51,148 nucleotides of DNA from a virus (Duplodnaviria; Caudoviricetes): positions 1-51,148 of the IMG/VR virus record IMGVR_UViG_3300011116_001170; one strand, given 5' to 3'. The position numbers were made by a program, and so were the translations under genes. This document shows, piece after piece, positions 46,010 to 51,148 of the stretch. The notes below the pieces were generated by a model. That model was not told where the DNA came from, ran no database searches, and worked only from the letters and a program-made list of their open reading frames with translations. Every line of letters starts with the position of its first letter. Position 1 is the stretch's first letter.

Positions 46010-46566
46010 TATCTAATTTCCCCCCCGTTATCAATTAGTATCTGCAAATTTTTTCCTCTGTAATCGTCAACGTAATTTTTTTCTCCATCTTTATCGAGAC
46101 TAAAAACAACAAAATCTTTTTCGTCAATTGCGCCTTCTTGACAAACTTTAACTAGAGATTGAATCATTTCGCGCGAGTGAGTTGTAGCAAAAATTTGAAC
46201 ATCGTTTTCAATTGTTGCCGCAATAACATTAAGCCAAAAATCCTTCATAACGCTATGGTGCAAACCATTTTCAATTTCTTCAAATAAAAATATTTTTTCT
46301 TCTTTTTTAAAATAGTTCAAAACTAAATCGCGCGCTTGTGGCTTAAAACCAAGTTTTCTAAGGCTTCTATACTCCGAAACATCTTTGTAATATTCTTCAA
46401 AAATATCAGGAAAAATTACTTTGTTTTCATATTTTTTTTTTATGCTTTCAAGTATTGCGGTTTTTCCAGCTCCATTTTTACCAACCAGCAAATTAATGCG
46501 TTTGCAATCATTAATTTTTAGATCTTTAATGCTGTGATAATTTTGAATGTGAATGTCTTTAATCAT
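46009..46566 (-). CDS. miniature ABC/AAA_21-type ATPase, copy 1
   Basis: GKNGAGKT Walker A, FEEIENGLH Walker B/D-loop, TTHS H-loop; only about 55 aa between A and B. Confidence 0.85.
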   Translation of the reverse strand: MIKDIHIQNYHSIKDLKINDCKRINLLVGKNGAGKTAILESIKKKYENKVIFPDIFEEYYKDVSEYRSLRKLGFKPQARDLVLNYFKKEEKIFLFEEIENGLHHSVMKDFWLNVIAATIENDVQIFATTHSREMIQSLVKVCQEGAIDEKDFVVFSLDKDGEKNYVDDYRGKNLQILIDNGGEIR

Positions 46567-46718
46567 AAGCTTTTAGTTTTCTCATTAATTCTAATTTTTC
46601 TTTTTCAAAATCTGTTTCTAAAATTTGCTTCCACCCTTCATTTCGCTTTTTTACATCAAGCCGAGCAAGAGTAAGAACTTGTTTAACATTTTTCCCCTCA
46701 ACTTCGACTTGAGCATTG
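46499..46718. repeat. 220-bp direct repeat, copy 1
   Basis: Identical by eye to 47286-47505; spans a gene junction. Confidence 0.9.
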
Positions 46719-46792
46719 TTGTCAAAGTAATGGACCGTGATCTTGCGGTTAAGGCTGTCTTTGTAGTATTCGATTTTTGGATTTTTATTCAT
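46559..46792 (-). CDS. small partner protein
   Basis: 77 aa; C-terminal about 52 aa duplicated at 47346-47505. Confidence 0.7.
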   Translation of the reverse strand: MNKNPKIEYYKDSLNRKITVHYFDNNAQVEVEGKNVKQVLTLARLDVKKRNEGWKQILETDFEKEKLELMRKLKAYD

Positions 46793-47353
46793 TCATTTTT
46801 TCTCTATAAATTTACAAAATTGTTCCGAACTAAATTCTGTTATATTGTGTAAGCAGGGGTCACCATCACGCATATTTCTTCCTTCTTTAATAAGCTGATC
46901 AGTTGCCCACGATTCAAATTTCATTACACCATTTCCTTCTTCGTTTTTATGAAGCCGATAAACCCTAATTTCTTCTTGCTCAATAAGATTGGTTTCTTCC
47001 GCTGCTTTAACCAAAGCCTCCATCATCTCGTGAGAATGAGTTGTAGCAAAAATTTGAAAATTATTAGCTAACGCCATTTTAATAATGTAACGCCAAAAAT
47101 CCTTCATAACGCTATGATGCAAACCATTTTCAATTTCATCAAATAAAATAATTTTTGAATCTTGGTTTGTTTTAAAAGCTCTCCACGAAGAATAAAATGG
47201 CGCATATTCTTTGTGGTAAGATTGTTTTATAAATTCTAAAACTGTTGTTTTTCCAACTTCATTTTTCCCGACTAGTAAATTAATCCGTTTGCAATCATTA
47301 ATTTTTAGATCTTTAATGCTGTGATAATTTTGAATGTGAATGTCTTTAATCAT
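46793..47353 (-). CDS. miniature ABC/AAA_21-type ATPase, copy 2
   Basis: GKNEVGKT, FDEIENGLH, TTHS; only about 30 aa between Walker A and B. Confidence 0.85.
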   Translation of the reverse strand: MIKDIHIQNYHSIKDLKINDCKRINLLVGKNEVGKTTVLEFIKQSYHKEYAPFYSSWRAFKTNQDSKIILFDEIENGLHHSVMKDFWRYIIKMALANNFQIFATTHSHEMMEALVKAAEETNLIEQEEIRVYRLHKNEEGNGVMKFESWATDQLIKEGRNMRDGDPCLHNITEFSSEQFCKFIEKK

Positions 47354-47505
47354 AAGCTTTTAGTTTTCTCATTAATTCTAATTTTTCTTTTTCAAAATCT
47401 GTTTCTAAAATTTGCTTCCACCCTTCATTTCGCTTTTTTACATCAAGCCGAGCAAGAGTAAGAACTTGTTTAACATTTTTCCCCTCAACTTCGACTTGAG
47501 CATTG
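47286..47505. repeat. 220-bp direct repeat, copy 2
   Basis: Identical by eye to 46499-46718 (offset 787). Confidence 0.9.
47346..47505 (-). pseudogene. 5'-truncated copy of the small partner gene
   Basis: Same C-terminus as 46559-46792; the only start (TTG 47549) lies inside an RNA stem. Confidence 0.55.
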
Positions 47506-47522
47506 CCGTTAAAGTTTTTATT

Positions 47523-47718
47523 AATATTCTCTAAAAGCGGCACTGGCAAAGGACTTTCACCTTTGCATTTGCTTAGACAGCTTCACACTAGTATTATTGC
47601 CATCCACAAGAGTATTGCTTCTGTTTATCCTACTTTTTGCAGTTTTCGGATTGTGAGTCATCTTTCGAGCCTCTACATAGTGTCTTATTCCACCACAGTG
47701 CCGCCATTAGAAAATATT
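47523..47718 (-). ncRNA. tRNA-Leu-like RNA with about 110-nt insert, inside scaffold-2 copy B
   Basis: GCGGCACTG/CAGTGCCGC stem, TG-GTG-GAATAAGA-CAC D-arm-like, GCAAAGG-TGAAAGT-CCTTTGC T-arm-like, outer AATATTTTCTAA/TTAGAGAATATT. Confidence 0.65.
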
Positions 47719-47885
47719 GGTGGAAGGGGTAAGATTTTAACTTACTAAACCAAATCAATCTAAAATATTTAGGGTAATTAATCCAACATTTTAAACATGA
47801 TTAGCGGGTAATTAATCCGCTTACTGGTGATTTGCCTACTGGTCGACCGCTGACAAATTGGCATTAACACTCGCCCACCCTTACC
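47718..47885 (-). ncRNA. expanded type-II-tRNA-like RNA ending in ACCA
   Basis: GG(T)AAGGG/CCCTTCC acceptor, GGC/GCC D-stem, ATTTGTC/GGCAAAT stem, GTAAG-TTAAAAT-CTTAC T-arm, ACCA; giant variable region. Confidence 0.65.
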
Positions 47886-47887
47886 AT

Positions 47888-48142
47888 AAAAACGAAGCCA
47901 GAACGCGCCTAAACGACGCAATAACAAATGTGTCCTGACTTCGTAGATTTGCCTTTTTACAGAAAGGCTAACTGGCTAATCTTGAACTTACGAAAGCGAT
48001 GATCGTAATTAGCTTGCTCGTATCAGAGGTTTTGCATTCAATATCACTAGCAAAACGTAACCGCTTGATGATTGAAGCCCTTTCGGGCAATTTAACTAGC
48101 TCAACTTGCGTCGTCTAATATTTCTACACTCTTCTTTAGCCG
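47888..48142 (-). ncRNA. pseudoknotted ncRNA, scaffold-1 copy B, with terminator-like 3' hairpin
   Basis: GGCTAA/TTAGCC, GCCC-GAAA-GGGC, GTTTTGC/GCAAAAC, TTACGA/TCGTAA, 13-bp hairpin plus U-tract, 12-nt long-range complementarity. Confidence 0.7.
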
Positions 48143-48152
48143 TGCCGATTGA

Positions 48153-48968
48153 TTATTTGCCCAAAGGCAACATAATATTATTTCCGCCGCTAGTAATTAC
48201 AGTCGTTGGAGCTACACCATCCCATTTATCTGCAAATGCCGCATTTACTTCAACTTGTTTTAATTCAACAATTTTAGGATTGCTGGTAATTGCGTTAGCG
48301 GTAATTCTGATTGCTTCGGCATCAGCTTTTGATTTAATAATAGTTTGGTCGGCTTCTGCTTGAATTTGCTGCTTTTTAATTTCAGCAGTTTCGGCATCTT
48401 GTTTGGCAATTACTTTATTTTGAATTGATTGTTTCCACTGAGCATTTTCAAATTCAAAGCTAGTAATACTAATATCATCAATTACGGCTAAATGATTAAT
48501 TCTTTCAGCTAATCTTTCTTTGACATATTTGCTTACTTCCGATCGATTAGAAATAAGGTCTTCTGCTGAATATCTAGCCAAAGCATCTCTGATACTTTCG
48601 TTAGCTCTCGGTGCTATCAAAACTTGAAAAATATCACCTTTTATGGTTTTTAAATTATCAAGCACTTTGTCTTCTGGGATAGCGTAAAGAACTCGGTAAT
48701 TTACACTAACTGGTTGCAAATCTTTGGTTTGAGTTCCATTTAATTGAAAAGTTTCTTGATGTTGTCTTAAAGAGAAAATTTCGATAGTTTGAAAAAATGG
48801 TAATTTAAAATGAATTCCTTCTTCTAAAACAGAATTATGGATTACGCCCGCTGTTTTTCTAATCCCTACTTCAGAAGTTTTAATGATGCTAAATGTTGAT
48901 AAAAAAACAATTATACCAATGATAAGCTTTAACAATTTGTAGCGATTTTTTATGATTTGCATGAACAT
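48153..48968 (-). CDS. SPFH/prohibitin (band 7) protein
   Basis: N-terminal TM, EGIHFKLPF, TKDLQ.V, KWDG. Confidence 0.92.
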   Translation of the reverse strand: MFMQIIKNRYKLLKLIIGIIVFLSTFSIIKTSEVGIRKTAGVIHNSVLEEGIHFKLPFFQTIEIFSLRQHQETFQLNGTQTKDLQPVSVNYRVLYAIPEDKVLDNLKTIKGDIFQVLIAPRANESIRDALARYSAEDLISNRSEVSKYVKERLAERINHLAVIDDISITSFEFENAQWKQSIQNKVIAKQDAETAEIKKQQIQAEADQTIIKSKADAEAIRITANAITSNPKIVELKQVEVNAAFADKWDGVAPTTVITSGGNNIMLPLGK

Positions 48969-49028
48969 ATATATTATGATTAGTTGTTATTAAAAAAATT
49001 AATTTAATTGTCAATGACGAATACCATT

Positions 49029-49442
49029 TTAAAACGGCGGTTCTTCACCAAAATCTTCTTCAACATTATTACTTTGAGGTGCATAACCATTTCCTTTGTC
49101 TTTTGAATGTTGAGAAATCTCGCCTCTAGCCTCATTGATAATCATTTTAAAATAGCTAATATCTTTCCCAGTTTCTTTATCCGCAAAACTATCAACCATT
49201 ATATTAAAACTAGCTTGAAAAGGTTGGCTACCAGAATGAAGCAGGGTAGTAGTAGTTTCAGCGTCAATCTTTGATTTAAACGCTGTAAATGGGATTGGTT
49301 TAGAAATCCATTTATTACCTTTTTTGCTTGAGATTGACACTTTGCCGCTAATCGTTCCATCAGTTTCTCTTAGCTCAAATTTATCTTTGTCATAAGATTT
49401 AGATTGATTGTTCCAAGTGTTTTGTAATTTTAGTTTTTGCAT
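49029..49442 (-). CDS. putative single-stranded DNA-binding protein
   Basis: Beta-rich body and acidic tail ending EEDFGEEPPF. Confidence 0.6.
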   Translation of the reverse strand: MQKLKLQNTWNNQSKSYDKDKFELRETDGTISGKVSISSKKGNKWISKPIPFTAFKSKIDAETTTTLLHSGSQPFQASFNIMVDSFADKETGKDISYFKMIINEARGEISQHSKDKGNGYAPQSNNVEEDFGEEPPF

Positions 49443-49472
49443 ATTTTACTCCTTAATTATTTGTTTTATTCT

Positions 49473-49805
49473 TTATTTATCTGACTTAGTCATATAGCCC
49501 ATTGAAAAACCAGAAATATCACCATTTTTAAGGTTAGCATATTTCTCGACAGCCATAGGAACTAAAGTTGTTAATAATTCTGTAAAATATAAACCAATAT
49601 CGTCTTTTTCTATTTTTGCCCTACCAATTACTTTGTCATCTTTTTTGACTTCTATCTCATCCCCTACATTATCACAAAAGTCTTTGTCAAAAAGAATAAG
49701 GTCATTGCCACAAGAAGAATCGTTATTTGTAAATCTTAAAATATAATTTTTCACTTTTTTACTCCCGTAAATAGTTTTTTCACTTTCATTTACCTTTACT
49801 GCCAT
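49473..49805 (-). CDS. degenerate prohead-protease-like protein
   Basis: D..GNDLI, IGRAKIEKDDIGLYF and KNGDISGFSMGY resemble HK97/XkdF protease motifs. Confidence 0.5.
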   Translation of the reverse strand: MAVKVNESEKTIYGSKKVKNYILRFTNNDSSCGNDLILFDKDFCDNVGDEIEVKKDDKVIGRAKIEKDDIGLYFTELLTTLVPMAVEKYANLKNGDISGFSMGYMTKSDK

Positions 49806-49807
49806 TC

Positions 49808-50080
49808 TTACTCCTTAATTATTTTTTTTATTTGTTCTATTTTTTCTTGAGAAACTCCATGATGCCAGCTACAATATTCAATTCCTGATTTTTTAATTTT
49901 GGCGCAATAAATAAAAATCATGCAAAGAATTAAAAAATTTACAAAATAGCTTCCGCCAATGAAATTATGATTAAACCAGCAAAAAAATCCTAATATTCCC
50001 AGCGATGTAACATTTTTAGCCAAAGAAACTAAATAGCTTTCTTGATTAATTACGACTGAATATTTTTTTTGTTCTGACAT
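49808..50080 (-). CDS. two-TM membrane protein
   Basis: Two hydrophobic segments. Confidence 0.65.
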   Translation of the reverse strand: MSEQKKYSVVINQESYLVSLAKNVTSLGILGFFCWFNHNFIGGSYFVNFLILCMIFIYCAKIKKSGIEYCSWHHGVSQEKIEQIKKIIKE

Positions 50081-50083
50081 ATT

Positions 50084-50398
50084 TTACTCCTTTATTTTAA
50101 AAGTTTCTTCAAGTAATTTTACTTTTTTATCCATTTCAGCGTAGTCTAAACAAATTTCTTTCCAATTTTCGCATTTTATTTTAAAATATTTTTGTCTGTC
50201 TTCTTGGATTTCGGCTTCTAATGATTTGATTTTTTTACCAATTTCTTTGATTTGTTTTCCCGTGATAAAAAATCTATCATTATCGTGAAGATTATCAAAG
50301 TTAGTTTCAGTTGGTGATTTAAAATTAGAAATTTCTTTAGAAGCAATTAAAGTTAAAAAAATAAGAAAACCAAATATTATGGGAACGAAAATTTCCAT
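50084..50398 (-). CDS. membrane-anchored hypothetical protein
   Basis: N-terminal TM; AAACGAGG RBS; promoter upstream. Confidence 0.65.
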   Translation of the reverse strand: MEIFVPIIFGFLIFLTLIASKEISNFKSPTETNFDNLHDNDRFFITGKQIKEIGKKIKSLEAEIQEDRQKYFKIKCENWKEICLDYAEMDKKVKLLEETFKIKE

Positions 50399-50427
50399 GT
50401 TTTTATTCCTCGTTTGTTATTTTAGTT

Positions 50428-50456
50428 ATTAGAAACTAATAAAAAATATTAGTCAA
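50428..50456 (-). promoter_or_regulatory. sigma70-like promoter
   Basis: TTGACT-N17-TCTAAT. Confidence 0.6.
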
Positions 50457-50459
50457 GAA

Positions 50460-50891
50460 TTATTTTTTAAAATAATTTTCTTGTTCGCGCAACTCTTCGG
50501 GCATAAGCTCATAGTTTTTTAAACCAAAAGTTTCGCACATAAAATAAAGTTTTTCAATCAATAAACTTATCTCTTCACTAGTAATTTTTGTTAAACTTTT
50601 TGGCAATGCGCCAGTTTTTGTTTTTAAGCAATACCCAGTGCTTATTTTTGCCAAATCGCTAACCATTTCTTTATCAAAGATTTGACCGTAGCTTTTTTGC
50701 AAGCAAGGCACTAACAAACCACAAAGCCGCCAATAACCTCGCAAACTTTTGCCTGATTTACTTTTGGCAACTTCTTTAAACTTAATTTCAAAATCTTTAC
50801 CACAAGCAAGATGTTTCATAATTGCATCAGAAAGCTCGACTTGCAATTTAACCCAGTTTGGTTTGTTGGATTGTAAAAATGTGAGTTTCAT
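50460..50891 (-). CDS. NinB/Orf-like recombination accessory protein
   Basis: KSKS.KSLRGYW...KSLTKITSEEIS.LIE pattern; near the recombination module if the genome is circular. Confidence 0.55.
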   Translation of the reverse strand: MKLTFLQSNKPNWVKLQVELSDAIMKHLACGKDFEIKFKEVAKSKSGKSLRGYWRLCGLLVPCLQKSYGQIFDKEMVSDLAKISTGYCLKTKTGALPKSLTKITSEEISLLIEKLYFMCETFGLKNYELMPEELREQENYFKK

Positions 50892-50892
50892 T

Positions 50893-51105
50893 TTAAATTT
50901 TAAATCCTTTAAAAAGACTTTTTAGCTCTTCTTTGTTTGGTTGCTCATCAAGAGATTTGCCAAGATGCCAATCAGTCCAATCTACACCTTTTGAACCGCT
51001 TACAACAATTTGAACAGTATCATCATCAGTAAGTTCAATTCTTAAATCGTCTTCGTCTTTCTTTGCTAATTTAATTATTTTAGTTAAATATTCTTCTAAG
51101 TTCAT
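50893..51105 (-). CDS. hypothetical protein
   Basis: 70-aa ORF following a copy of the exonuclease 3' end. Confidence 0.65.
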   Translation of the reverse strand: MNLEEYLTKIIKLAKKDEDDLRIELTDDDTVQIVVSGSKGVDWTDWHLGKSLDEQPNKEELKSLFKGFKI

Positions 51106-51148
51106 CTACTCCCCCTTAATTTTTGTTAATATCTCATCACACATTGTT
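51101..51148. repeat. imperfect copy of 228-275 (exonuclease 3' end)
   Basis: 46/48 identical by hand alignment. Confidence 0.9.

Noticed and set aside
47523-47885. tmRNA
   Set aside because: No G3-U70 alanine acceptor or tag reading frame seen; the elements are too short.
47960-48142. Hairpin ribozyme (AGAA next to a helix)
   Set aside because: The opposing strand reads AAGA, not NGUC, and no loop B consensus is present.
47503-48363. + strand ORFs 47503-47748 and 48106-48363
   Set aside because: Antisense shadows of structured RNA and the SPFH gene; no RBS or recognisable motifs.
1-51148. Temperate lifestyle module or alternative genetic code
   Set aside because: No integrase, CI-like repressor or ParA recognised; core genes are intact under the standard code.

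Overview
AT-rich, near-complete tailed-phage genome (myovirus-like). An HK97-type head module with a PBSX-family terminase is joined to a Mu-like contractile tail and baseplate (+ strand, about 12.7-43.2 kb). Early, replication and recombination genes lie on the - strand at both ends (YqaJ/RecT, replication initiator with iteron-like repeats, N6-adenine-type MTase, dUTPase, SPFH, SSB-like, NinB-like). Spanins imply a Gram-negative host. I saw no integrase, CI-like repressor, reverse transcriptase or CRISPR array. The most unusual content is two GC-richer non-coding islands on the - strand (about 7260-8290 and 47520-48145). They hold structured RNAs: a canonical tRNA-Gly, several tRNA-shaped RNAs with large inserted domains, and two terminal scaffolds that recur in both islands around unrelated interiors, with G-U-compatible substitutions pointing to RNA-level selection. 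Other oddities are a baseplate-spike gene inverted inside the tail operon next to a repeated TCTTGGTTTTCGGATT motif, tandem miniaturised ABC/AAA ATPases, a 29-aa mini-YopX, a second degenerate prohead-protease-like ORF, and a -1 frameshift tail chaperone. Protein family calls come from motif recognition and synteny by eye, and RNA pairings were read by hand; no searches were run.
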